From Chiloscyllium plagiosum (Eukaryota), in NCBI RefSeq assembly GCF_004010195.1, contig NC_057718.1:9342366-9362365 (forward strand): a stretch of DNA of 20,000 nt. Reading direction: 5' to 3'. Positions within the stretch are counted from its first letter, which is position 1. Each line of letters begins with the position of its first letter. Of the stretch, positions 1-10,045 are shown in pieces. The translations under genes and the position numbers were made by a program. The notes below the pieces were generated by a model. The model did no database searches, had not been told where the DNA came from, and was given only the letters and a program-made list of their open reading frames with translations.

Positions 1-302
1 AAAACCGGAGGCATAGTTTAAGTGAGAGGGGAAAAGATTTAAAAGGAACCTGAGGGGCAACGTTTTCACGTAGCGGGTGGTGTGTGTATGGAATGAACTG
101 CCAGAGGAAGTGGTAGACACAGGTATAGTTACAAAATTTAGACAGGTGAGTGAATAGGAAATGTTTCGAAGGTTATGGGCCAAACACGGATAAATGGGAC
201 CAGTTTAATTAGGGAAACCTGATCAGCATGGAGTAGTTGGACTGAAGAATGTGTTTCCATGTTGTGTGACTCTATCACACTTTGACTCTATGTCTCTATG
301 AC
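1..302 (+). mobile_element. CR1-clade LINE (HER1-like) 3' end fragment
   Basis: Degenerate end of ORF2 (RVVCVWNELPEEVV) plus 3' UTR ending in GACTCTAT-type 8-bp repeats; same sequence as the copies at 478, 10046 and 11349. Confidence 0.9.
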
Positions 303-477
303 AAGGACACCCAGGTCCTTTCACACATTCCATTTTCCAACTTCTCACCATTCCAAAAGTATTCTGCACATCTGCTTCTCCAACCAAGGTGGGTAGCTAC
401 TCTGTGGGAGTCAGTCAAATGCACTTCAAGTTCATTAACTTCCCAAAGTGTTAGCTACTAAGCTCCATAAGAAGGTG

Positions 478-1089
478 GTGTTTGGTACACTTGCCTTTAT
501 TGGTCTGTGCATTGACTATATGAAGTGGGATATGATGTTGCGGCTGTACAGGACATTGGTTCAGCCACTTTTGGAATGCTGTGTGCAATTCTGGTCTCCC
601 TCCAAAGGAAGGATGGTGTGAAATTTTAAAGAAATGATTGACAAGGATGTTGCCAGCATTGGAGGGTTTGAGCTAGAGGGAGAGGCTGAATTGGCTGGGG
701 CTGTTTTCCCTGGAGCGTCAGAGACTGAGGGGTCACCTTATAGAGGTTTATAAAATCATGAGGGGCTTGGCTAAGGTCTTTTCCCTGGGTTAGTGGAGTC
801 CAGAACTAGAGGGCGCAGCTTTAGGGTGAGCGGGGAAAGATTTAAAAAAGATCTAAGGAGCAACATTTTCATGCAGAGGGTGGTACGTGTATGGAATGAG
901 CTGCCAGAGGAAGTAGTGGAGGCGGGTACAATTATAACATTTAAAAGACATCTGGATGGGTATATGAATAGGAAGGTTTAGAGAGATATGGACCGAATGT
1001 TGGCAAATGAGACAAGATTAATTTGGGATAGCTTGTCGGCATGGACTGAAGGGTCTGTTTGCGAGCTACATATCTCGATGACTCCATGA
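478..1089 (+). mobile_element. CR1-clade LINE (HER1-like), 5'-truncated
   Basis: ORF 793-981 (SRTRGRSFRV...QRVVRVWNELPEEVVEAGTIITFKRHLDGYMNRK) is the typical CR1 ORF2 C-terminus; degenerate tail near 1070-1089. Confidence 0.93.
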
Positions 1090-1091
1090 GG

Positions 1092-1300
1092 TTATCCCTA
1101 GTATCCTGGTTAGTATTTATGCCTCAAACAACATCAAAGGACAGGATGATACTGTCAGTACTACACGGCTGATTGTGGGAGTTTGCTGTACACAGCATCA
1201 CTTTTCCTACATTACAATGGCAGCCATACTTGTATAGGTTCCTCATGAGCTATTACACTGTGAAGTCCTGAGGTTGTAAAAACTGATTGGAATTGTATAA
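1092..1300 (+). mobile_element. DeuSINE-like (SacSINE1/AmnSINE-type) degenerate 3' half
   Basis: tatttatgcctcaaacaacatca...gtgggagtttgctgtacaca...ttcctacattacaa aligns by eye with 10692-11092 (reverse) and 16972-17165; family name from recalled consensus. Confidence 0.65.
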
Positions 1301-1488
1301 CCTCTTCAAAATCTCTGTGCAAAAAAAAAAAAATCAGTGATGTGAACCATGGCAACATTAATGATTCTGGGTGTTCATTTTTGGATGGAGTTGACATATC
1401 TCAATGAAGTAGCTCCAGAACAACAGAAATGCAGCAGAACGCAGCACTGGTAGGCCAGAGGGACAACCAAAATCTCAAACCCAGTAGA

Positions 1489-1612
1489 GAATTGAATTGA
1501 ATTGAATTTATTGTCACGTGTACAGAGGCACAGTGAAAAGTTTTGTCTTGTGATCAGTACAGGCAGATCACAGGATTAAATAGCATAGGTAAGTAAATAA
1601 AGGAAAGAATGC
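1489..1612 (-). mobile_element. 3' tail of a non-LTR retrotransposon (Rex1/RTE-X/L2-like)
   Basis: Minus strand ends ...cacgtgacAATAAA followed by a (TTCAA)4 microsatellite tail (plus strand GAATT x4 at ~1489-1508). Confidence 0.55.
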
Positions 1613-1833
1613 CACAACGAAAGGAGTGAAATCCACAGTGAGGCAGAGAACAAAGAGTTACCACAACATGAAGTCTTGATGATTCATCAGAACAGGTTCT
1701 GACAGGACCAAGGCATGAGAACACAGACAAACATCTCCAGCTACCAACACGGGGATGAGACCATCCTTCTCTCACACCGTGAACTGATCAATCGGATTCA
1801 GTGGAAGGGAAAGAGGGCAAGAAAGAAAAGGTG

Positions 1834-1935
1834 GACAGACATGAGTTTACATGGTACCTTTCACAACCTCCCAATACCAACAAAGTACGTCTGAGGTACT
1901 ATCACTGTCCAACACTGGAAATGCAACAGCCACTT
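1834..1935 (-). mobile_element. DeuSINE-like 3' tail remnant
   Basis: cctttcacaacctc...aagtac...tcactgt...ggaaatgcaacagcca resembles the reverse complement of the tail of the other DeuSINE-like copies. Confidence 0.45.
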
Positions 1936-1944
1936 TTTAAAATT

Positions 1945-2415
1945 GAACTGACGGACGTGGGCATCATTGGTTGCGCCGGTATTTATTGCCCGTCCTTAAT
2001 TGCCCCCGAGAAGGTGGTGAGCTGTCTTCTTGAACCGCTGCCGTACAGAGGAATCTTGATATCTGGCATTCGATTATCCGAATGTCGGATGATCCAGCAA
2101 GATCGCAAGGTCCCAATGCTCGGCTAAACTATAATATCCGGCATTCAATTATCCAAAATTCGATTAACCGAATGAAATACTCTCCCCCGGTGCTATTGGA
2201 CAATCGAGGTTCCTCTGTAGTTAAGAGTGTAGCTATACCCGGAGTGACATTATGGAGAGAATTCCAGGAATTTGACCCAGTGACCTTGAAGGAACAGCTA
2301 TCTATTTCCGAGTCAGGACAGTGAGTGGCTCGGAGGAGAACTTGCAGATAGTGGTGTTCCTGTGTATCTGGTGCCTTTGTCCTTCCAGATGGAAGTGGGT
2401 TTGGAAGGCTCTGTA
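1945..2415 (-). mobile_element. LINE 3' end fragment (CR1/L2 group), probable partner of the MetaSINE-like family; interrupted by a MITE
   Basis: Terminal ~60 bp (gacgtgggcatc...tatttattgcccgtccttaattgcc) matches the SINE tail at 14250-14300, then diverges into different sequence. Confidence 0.7.
2046..2217. mobile_element. 172-bp MITE, Tc1/mariner-pogo (Tigger-like)
   Basis: TA at 2044-2045 and 2218-2219; terminal inverted repeats CAGAGGAATCTTGAT (2046-2060) and ATCGAGGTTCCTCTG (2203-2217), 13/15 complementary; internal ATTCGATTATCCGAA-like repeats. Confidence 0.88.
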
Positions 2416-2489
2416 ACCTGGATATGTTCCTTTCCCCTGGAGGGGGCAACCCCTTGTCAATGTACATATTTAACTTGGTTCATTTCCAG

Positions 2490-2564
2490 GCCAGCCACAG
2501 AGAATGATTTAAAAAAGCACAAAACACAGTCAAAGCAGATGATTTGCAAGGGATCTTTGGTAAA
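2490..2564 (+). CDS. Candidate internal coding exon of an unidentified host gene (PATENDLKKHKTQSKQMICKGSLVK)
   Basis: Acceptor catttccAG (2488-2489), consensus donor GTAAGT (2565-2570), 75 nt, only one open frame, apparently non-repeat sequence. Confidence 0.4.
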
Positions 2565-2733
2565 GTAAGTGAACTGCAGTTAGGGAGGAGGAATTTGTGG
2601 TATTGTCCGCGTGACCATTCTTGGGGCCAGATGGTATTTGCCACCTTTAACAGTATGTGGCACTGGGTATGGTGTCTGAATTAGTTCACCGCCACCAATC
2701 CTCTTTTGTCTTTGCTTTCACCTGCACCTACAG

Positions 2734-2755
2734 AGTGATTCGTGATCAAGAATAA
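2734..2755 (+). CDS. Candidate terminal coding exon (VIRDQE*)
   Basis: Strong polypyrimidine tract 2699-2729 then CAG (2731-2733); joining to the previous exon gives aa|a = Lys; stop TAA 2753-2755; AATAAA at 2751 and 2823. Confidence 0.35.
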
Positions 2756-2829
2756 AGCACAGTAAGGTACCTACTAAAGAAACACTATTCTTAGACAACG
2801 AGGATATTTATTGCATGACTGCAATAAAT

Positions 2830-3450
2830 ATAAGACCATCACACCATACGATATAGGTGCAGAATTAGGCCATTTGGCCCATCATGTCGGTTCCACCATT
2901 CAACGATAGCTGATATGTTTCTCAATCCGTTGTCCTGCCTTCTCCCTACGTCAGATGGCAGGGTGGCTCACAGGGCCAGGAACCTGGGCTCAATTCCAGC
3001 CTTGAGCAACTGTTGATGTGGAGTTTGCTCCCAGTGTCTGCATGGGTTTCCTCTGGATTCTCTGGTTTCCTCCCACAATACGAAGACGTGCAGATTAGAT
3101 GAGTTGGCCATACTAAAATTGTCCCATAGTGTTCAAGGATCTGTAGGTTAGGGGAATGGGTCTGGGTGGGTTGTCCTTTGGAGGGTCAGAGTGCACTAGT
3201 TGGGCCAAATGTAGGGATTCTATGATAATGCCTGCACCCCTTACAAATCAAGAATCTATCTATCTCCGTCTTAAATATGCCCAATGACTTGGCCTCCACA
3301 ACCTTCTATGACAAAAAAATCCACAGATTCGCCACCTTTTGGCTGAAGAAACCCGTCCTCCTCAGTTCTAAAAGGTCATCCCTTAACTCTGTGTCTCCTA
3401 CTCTTGGAAACATATTTCCACATTCACTCTATCCAGGCCTACTCAGTATT
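2830..3450 (-). mobile_element. CR1 LINE 3' end (second subfamily), split by an HE1 SINE
   Basis: Tail taagaccat...gcagaattaggccatttggccc at 2830-2946; resumes at ~3226 with the reverse complement of the ORF2 end. Confidence 0.8.
2957..3224 (+). mobile_element. HE1-like V-SINE (diverged)
   Basis: tRNA-like head, V-domain GGGTTTCCTCTGGATTCTCTGGTTTCCTCCCACA, tail ...gtagggattctatga. Confidence 0.9.
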
Positions 3451-3632
3451 GTATTATTTCAAAGTGCTATGACGTTTTGTCAGGTGTAATGCACAAACAC
3501 TTCAGGGAGCTGGTTCAGGCATACCTGCTCCCTTCAGAGTCATCAGACTTCTTGTCTCCACCCACTCATGTCAAAAGTGAAATGGGTGGAGCCAATGTCA
3601 CTCAAATATTAACCCTTTCACATCCACTAGGG

Positions 3633-3975
3633 CATAGAGTCATAGAGATGTACAGCATGGAAACAACTTGCAGTCCAACTCGTCCATGCCCACCAGATAT
3701 TCTAACCTAATCTGGTCCCATTTTCCAGCACTTGGCCCATATCCTTCTAAACCCTTCCTATTCATATACCTATCCAGATGCCTTTTAAATGTTGTAATTG
3801 TACCAGCCTCCAGCACTTCCTCTAGTAGCTCATTCCATACATGCATCACCCTCTGTGTGAAAACGTTGATCCTGAGATCACTTTTATATCTTTCCCCTCT
3901 CACCCTAAACCTAAGCCCTCTAAGTTCCGGACTCCCCCACCCCAGGGAAAAGACCTTGTCTATTTATCCTACCCA
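3633..3975 (-). mobile_element. CR1-clade LINE (HER1-like) 3' end
   Basis: Minus ORF 3640-3903 (FTQRVMHVWNELLEEVLEAGTITTFKRHLDRYMNRKGLEGYG); tail CATAGAGT repeats at 3633-3648. Confidence 0.93.
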
Positions 3976-4769
3976 ACACATTTTGGGATTGAGCATCCAG
4001 TGGACAAGGAAGCACATATGGAAGGGGATGGAGGGATGGGACTGCAGGGAGCAGAAAGTAAAGGGATCCCTCCGTCAGCTGGAAGGTTGCTCTGGATCAG
4101 ACTGTTGCTAACAGCACGGGGTTCGAACCCCATTTTGCTCGGGGATGGAATGCCAGACGTGGGAGCTACAACCGGCTCAGGAAAGGACCTCCCAAGTCAC
4201 AACATGGAATTAAAATCGGAGGAGGAGGAGATTTGAGGCCTGTACATGTCAGTCTCAGTGAGTGACCATGAGGTGCTCTCAGTGTGCTCAATCCGTTCCG
4301 CCCTGCAATCACAACACAATTCCAGTCTTTAAGAGGGATTTAGGGTGGAAACAGCAAGGTTTATTGAGAAGGAATAGGATCAAAGAGACAGGGATCAGGA
4401 TTATGAGCTTAGCAAACTGTGAGCTCAGTGTGATGGGAGGTGTAGCTTCTTTTTGTTACCAATTTTTTTTTGCTTAAGCTTTAGCTCCTCTTCTGAGCCC
4501 TGCCCTGTCTTTATTCTGTTTTTCCCCAAAAAATAGTGTTTTCTTTTAAATTTCAGTCTTCTTAAAGCTTTGATTATTGTGAAGGGTTTGGGGGTGGGGG
4601 GCAGGTGGGGAAGTGAGGTGTTAGTCTCATGATGTAGGGTGGTCCAACAACCTTTCTCTGTCCTGAGCTTAAGTCATTTACCCTGAGCAAACCTATGCAG
4701 ACAGGCTATTCCACTGTAGGCACCATCACATCTCAGCCTGATCCTGACCATCGACCGAGAATGTGCAAG

Positions 4770-5030
4770 ATCCAGAGAGTGGATCAAACATGGAACTCAC
4801 TATCACAAAGAGAGCTTAAAACCAACACCACAAACCAGGAGAAGCTAGATACACACAGAGACAAAAGCAAGACAGGGAAGCACTGAGAGATTGGGATAAG
4901 AACACAAGTGAGGCTTAAATGCCCTTTATTCCTTCTTCAATTTTCTCCTCTCTCTCCTTCTGGTCAGCATGCATGAATTGGACTGAAAATTCTGTTTCTG
5001 TGCTGTATATCTCTATGACCATATGATTCT
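4770..5030 (+). mobile_element. Old CR1 ORF2-end remnant followed by a HER1-like tail
   Basis: QRVDQTWNSLSQ...EKLDTH (ORF 4695-4886) resembles the CR1 RVVxxWNxLP...LD motif; 4961-5030 is a HER1-like 3' tail. Confidence 0.55.
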
Positions 5031-5035
5031 ATTAC

Positions 5036-5806
5036 CATGGAAACAGACCCTTCGATCCAACTCATACATGCTGACCAAATATCCTAAATTAATCTAGCCG
5101 CATTGTCAGTATTTGGCCCATATCCTTCTAAACCATTCCTATTCATGTACCCCGATGCCTTTTAAATGTTATAATTGTACCAGCCTCCACCACTTCCTCT
5201 GGCAGCTCATTCCACTCACGCACCACCCTCTGCATGAAAAAGTTGCTCCTCAAGTCCCTTTTAAATCCTTCCCCTCTCACCTTAAACCTATACATTCAAG
5301 TTTTGGACTCCTCCACCCTGGGGAAAAGGCCTTGGCTACTTATCCTATCCATGCACCCCCATGTGGGTGATACGGTGGCTCAGTGGTTAGCACTGCTGCC
5401 TCACAGCACTAGGGACCCAGATTCAATTCCGGCCTCGGGCGACTGTCTGTGTGGAGTTTGCACATTCTCCCAGTGTCTGCGTGGGTTTCCTCCGGGTGCT
5501 CCGGTTTCCTCCCACAGTCAAAGATGTGCAGGTCAGATGAATTAGCCACGCTAAATTGCCCATAGTGTTAGGTGCATTAGTCAGGGTAAATATAGGGTCG
5601 GGGAATGGGTCTGGGTGGGTTTCTCTTCAGAGGGTCAGTATGAACTTGTTGGGCCGAAGGACTTGTTTCCGTACTGTAAAGTATCTAATCTAATGATTTT
5701 ATGAACCTCTAAGGTCACCCTTCAGCCTCCAATGCTCCAGGTAAACAGCCCCAGCCTATTCAGCCTCTCTCTGCAGCTCAAACTCTCCAATCCCGGCCAC
5801 ATCCTC
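5036..5806 (-). mobile_element. CR1-clade LINE (HER1-like) 3' fragment, split by an HE1 SINE
   Basis: Reverse complement of the 10046-10572 type; breaks at ~5363 and resumes at ~5693 (MWPGLESLSCRERLNRLGLF in ORF 5722-5925). Confidence 0.92.
5364..5692 (+). mobile_element. Full-length HE1-like V-SINE
   Basis: A box TGGCTCAGTGG (5376-5386), B box GATTCAATTCC (5420-5430), V-domain, ATCTA tail; ATG shared at both junctions. Confidence 0.95.
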
Positions 5807-6187
5807 ATCCTGAGGCCAAGGATACTGGGAGTCATGAACAGCCAGTGACGCATGACGTTTAGATTAAAAGTTCCACAATGGTCAACTATCTCAGTGCTAT
5901 GCACCAGAACAGAGGCTATGTACATTGAGTTCTTATGAATGAGATACTATATGATTTAGCACAGTTGGATAAAACTTGCTTGTGGAGTACTGTAGCTTAA
6001 TCAGCCGTTACCATTTAGATCACATTGTGTCAGCCTGAGTAAGCTATAGTTGGAACGTCTCAATATTAAATAATGTTACAGAGCATGTATTTTCACATTC
6101 ATTATAATTTGAAAGGCTGCTTAGTTATCACAATTTTGTTTTTTAAGCCATTATCTCTGTGGCTTGTTCCTAAGGTTCCTTCTCTTG

Positions 6188-6688
6188 ATTTTATTCACGG
6201 CCAAAACTGGTATTTGCTACCTCAATCCCAGTTGCCCTCAGCTTACTAGGGGCATTTCCAAAGGCAGTTAAAAGTCAACCTCATTGCTGTGGGTCTTGAG
6301 TCACGCGTAGGAGAAAGTGAGGACTGCCGATACTGGAGAGTCAAAGTCAAAAAGTGAGGTCACTGGAAAAAGCACAGCAGGTCAGGCAGCATCCGAAGAG
6401 CAGGAGAATCGATGTGTCAGGCATAACCTTTCATCAAGATTTCCTGCTGAAGGACTTATGTCCAGAACATCAACTCTCCTGCTCCTCGGATGCTGCCTGA
6501 CCTGCTGTGTTTTTCCAGCGCCACACATTTCAATTTGAAGTCACATGTAGGCCAGACCAGAGTAGCGCAGCAGATTTCCTTCTCTTAAAGGACGTGAGAG
6601 AATCAGTTGGGTTTTAAACGTTAATGCTAGCTGTCACAATCGCCATCAGTGAGACTTGCTTTATACTCCACATTTTTCTTTATATGTT
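6188..6688 (-). mobile_element. MetaSINE-like tRNA-derived SINE (3' part; head probably displaced to 8021-8116)
   Basis: Reverse complement of the family at 13307-13738 (cagatttccttc...aaggac, gtcaacc.cattgctgtgggtc); the MetaSINE label rests on recall of the GGGAAGGAAA.CTGCC.TC.TTACC.GGTCTGGCC domain. Confidence 0.7.
6312..6538. mobile_element. PLE-derived fold-back (inverted terminal repeat) insertion
   Basis: Inverted arms ~6363-6438 and ~6443-6518; TSD AGTCACGCGTAGG (6299-6311) / AGTCACATGTAGG (6539-6551); degenerate hammerhead motif in each arm. Confidence 0.8.
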
Positions 6689-7061
6689 TTTCATGGACTA
6701 GACCAGACCTCCACAAAATATATTACGACGGTTGCCTAGACCCTAATGTTTTCTTACTTTACAGATAAATTTGAAGTGCTGCGCTTCAGATGTAATATGA
6801 TTAGTCAACTTACTAGATGTTAATCAAAACACAATTTATTCAAATATTATAGTTAAAATTCAACTAAAAGAAAAAGGAACTTGGAAAAACTCTGTTGGAA
6901 AACTTAATAGAATAATAGATAGAGTAACTATTACTAATTAACTGTTCCATTATAGTAACATCTCATAAACACACCCCTTGGCAAAAGGCAAATCTAGAAA
7001 ACAAATTTTGTCTCACATGCAGTTCTCTAATCCAGGAGGAAAGAACATCAAGAAACAATTG

Positions 7062-7415
7062 TTTCTGCATGGGTTTCCCCGTATCTGTGTGGATTTCCTC
7101 CTGGTATTCTGGTTTCCTCCCACAATCCAAAGTTGTGCAGGTTAGGTGAATTGGACATGTTAAATTGCCCATAGTGTTAGTTGCATGAGTCAGGGGTAAA
7201 TATAGGGTAGAGCTGAAAATGTGTTGCTGGAAAAGCGCAGCAGGTCAGGCAGCATCCAGGGAACAGGAGAATCGACGTTTCGGGCATAAGCCCGGGCATA
7301 TAGGGTAGGGGAGTGGATCTGGGTGGGTTATTCTTTCAAGGATCGGTGTGGACTTGTTGGGCCAAAGGGCTTGATTTCATACTGTAGGGTATCTAATTTA
7401 ATCCATCTAATCTAA
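7062..7415 (+). mobile_element. HE1-like V-SINE, 5'-truncated, with a PLE-derived insert
   Basis: V-domain 7085-7130; ATCTA tail 7390-7415. Confidence 0.9.
7211..7297 (-). mobile_element. 87-bp PLE-derived insertion
   Basis: Perfect 11-bp TSD ATATAGGGTAG (7200-7210 and 7298-7308); minus strand reads GGGC-TTAT-GCCC-GAAACGTCGA. Confidence 0.85.
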
Positions 7416-7418
7416 TTC

Positions 7419-7462
7419 TGAGAGAGAGAGAGGGGAGGGGGAGAGACAGAGAGAGAGAGAGA
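7419..7462. repeat. Interrupted (GA)n microsatellite
   Basis: Read directly from the sequence. Confidence 0.9.
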
Positions 7463-7609
7463 AGCAGCACTGCCTCCTAACCCTGTTGAGACCCTAGCGA
7501 CAACTGCCGAAAGCTAACTAAAAATCCTGGATCTGTGCCAGCTTGACCACACCCATTCAGACTGCTTCTATTATTCCAACCTTGAAAAAAATTACCCAAG
7601 CATACACAA

Positions 7610-7921
7610 GGGTGGCATGCAAACCAGGGACCTGGGTTTGATTCCAGCCTTGGTGTGACTGTTTGGAATTTGCATGTCCTCCCCATGTCTGTGTGGGTTT
7701 CCCCTGGGTTGTCCTGTTTCCTCCCATAGTCCAAAGGTGTGCAGGTTAGATGAATTGGCTGTGCGAATTTGCCCATTGTGTTCAGGGAGAAGTAGGCTAG
7801 GCTCATTAGTCAGGGGAAATGTAGAATAACAGGGGAATGGGACTGAATGGGATATTCTTCAGAGAGTTGGTATGGACTTGTTGGGCCAAATGGCCTGTTC
7901 CAACACAGCAGGGATTCTATG
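7610..7921 (+). mobile_element. HE1-like V-SINE
   Basis: B box GGTTTGATTCC, V-domain, tail gggattctatg. Confidence 0.9.
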
Positions 7922-8432
7922 TTGAAAAATAATTGTTTGACTGCTCCACATCTGTCTCCCAATCTCTCTCTAAAAGAAACCAGGACAAAACAGAGCTCTT
8001 ATAGCCATAACATTGTCACATTTTTGAATCAACTTGCTACGACACACCGCTGGGGGAGGTGGGACTTGAAACTCGGTCTCCTAGCTGTGGTGGGGGGACA
8101 CTGCCACTGCACCATAGCCCTTACTCTGCAGTTTTGTCAATTGAGTTTAAATTCCACCAGCTGATGGAGTTTGGATCAATGTCCTCAGAACATCAGCCTC
8201 ATCATTGTGCATTGCCATCCCTGCAACATTACCACCACACCACTATTGGTCATGTGCGTGAACCACAGCTGAGCACAGGAAATACTTTAATTTACCATTT
8301 TACGCCATCAGGTTGACCCAAAGAGCCCTTTAGTCAACACCTCCTCCTTCTTAATTTGAACGTACCTTAGAATATCTACATTCCCATTCCTAAACATCTC
8401 ATCACCATGTCCTTCTCATTGGTGACTACCAA

Positions 8433-8754
8433 GGTGGCATGATGACACAGTGGTTAGCACTGCTGCCTCACAGCGCCAGGGACCTGGGTTCGATTCCAGC
8501 CTTGTGCGACTGTCTGTGTGGAGTTTGCACATTCACCCTGTGTCTGCGTGGGTTTCCTTCCACTGTCCAAAGATGTGCAGGTCAGGTCAATTCGCCATGC
8601 TAAATTGCCCGTAGTGATCAGGGATGTGTAGGTTAGGTACATCCATCAGGGGGAAATATAGGGTAAGAGAAATGGGTCTGGGCGGGTTACTGTTCAGAGG
8701 ATCAGTGTGGACTGGTTGGGTCGAAGGGCCTGTTTCTACAGTGTGGGGATTCTA
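8433..8754 (+). mobile_element. HE1-like V-SINE, full length
   Basis: A-box-like TGACACAGTGG, B box GGTTCGATTCC, V-domain with an internal deletion, tail ggggattctat. Confidence 0.93.
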
Positions 8755-9174
8755 TAAACTTCAATGCACAGTACTCATTAAGAGCCTTATCACTACTATT
8801 TGCCTACACTTTGAACCTCCCTGCTACACAACACTTTTGGTACCAGTGACCTGTTGCTGTTCTCAGAGGCCATTCTGCCCTCTCACAAAATGGTGTCCAA
8901 AATGGTGCACCTGATAGAGAGGGGAATAGGGTCACAGGGGACTCCAGCAATGCCTGGTGGTCATCCATCTATTTGATTGAACCTTTGGTGTGATGACATC
9001 CCTGAAATCCCGATCTATAAAATGTTCCATCTCCTGGATGCTCCTCAGATCAAGGATCTATTGCCCCAACCTGGAGCAAATGTACCCTTGGGGCAAGTTT
9101 TTGAAACATAACAGGGGAAGGCAAAGTGATGAGTGCCATCCACTGATGTAAACAGCTACCATGGTAACCAGACT

Positions 9175-9345
9175 GACGAGAGGGTAAAGAAACGAACAGA
9201 AGGAGGAGCAGAAAGGAAGTAAGAGGAGAAGAGAAGAGAAGGATGGCAGAAAGAGGAGGGGAGCATGAGAGGGAAATTGAAGGGGAAAGAAGGGAAGGTG
9301 GGAGGAGAGAGCAAAAGGAGACGAGAAAGAAGGAGGAGCGACCGG
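9175..9345. repeat. Purine-rich low-complexity tract (a second one lies at ~9850-10030)
   Basis: Almost entirely G/A on the plus strand. Confidence 0.8.
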
Positions 9346-9351
9346 ACAATG

Positions 9352-9494
9352 TATTCAGGGCTAATGCTGACAGATTTCTAACCAGAGAGGGGGATCACGG
9401 GCTATGAGGATAAGGCAGGGAAGTGGAGTCGTGGGCTATCAGATCAGCTGGCAGCACAGACTTGATGGGCCAAATAGCCTGCTACTGCTCTCAT
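9352..9494 (+). mobile_element. CR1 3' tail remnant (second subfamily)
   Basis: gacagattt...ggctatgaggataaggcagggaagtggag...gatgggccaaatagcct, similar to the reverse complement of 2830-2946. Confidence 0.65.
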
Positions 9495-10045
9495 GGCTGA
9501 ACAGAAAGGCAAAAACTGAAAGAGAAATAAAGAACATTTTGTCCTTTTGTAATAGACCAGGCTGCAAAGTAATGGAGTCAGTGCAATCAGACTATAATCA
9601 GTTTCTATTCAATTCACTGACTTCAGAGCCCTTTTAATGACGAGGTGATAACCTACCAATTCTGACTTAATTATAGTCCTAACGTAACCAACTATTAACA
9701 TTTGTTTTATCGAGTTCAGATACAGCAAACCAATTTGGCTTCACGTGAGTAACTAGTCATTACAATCTCTTTCAGATAAATCATACTCAAGCCTGGGATA
9801 CCCATCAGAGAATTATATTTAATCATTAAAATTATCTGTGGCCTCAAACAGAGGACAGAAGCAAGATGAGAAAATGAGGAAGTGGAGGGTGTAACAGGGA
9901 GGAAGAGAATGAAGGAGGAATTAATGGACAATGGAAAAGGAGAAAGGTAGAAAAGGAAAGACTAATGAAGGAAGTTAGTGGGGGGGAGAAGGAGAAGAGA
10001 GGAAATATGCAAAAGACAGGGAGAAAAAGGATGAAAGACTTGCAT

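Larger units (their letters stand above)
6689..8020 (-). mobile_element. Putative solo LTR carrying nested SINEs
   Basis: Ends ...GTCACA at 8020; left end tttcatggac (degenerate TGTCA); minus-strand AATAAA at 6835-6840; appears to split the MetaSINE-like copy. TSD is imperfect. Confidence 0.4.

Noticed and set aside
4245..4700. Possible LTR remnant (minus-strand AATAAA near 4360)
   Set aside because: No defined termini or TSD found.
5364..5440. tRNA-like A/B boxes (also 8433, 13307, 14810-14884)
   Set aside because: These are SINE heads continuing into SINE bodies, not tRNA genes.
9050..9349. Hydrophobic Leu/Ser-rich minus ORF resembling a membrane protein (also 9716-9931)
   Set aside because: Translation of a polypyrimidine low-complexity tract.
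9720..9744. Micro-exon candidate (ttcAG...GTGAGT); similar weak candidates at 11165-11213 and 12336-12405 (-)
   Set aside because: Splice-like signals only, with no recognisable peptide or consistent gene model.
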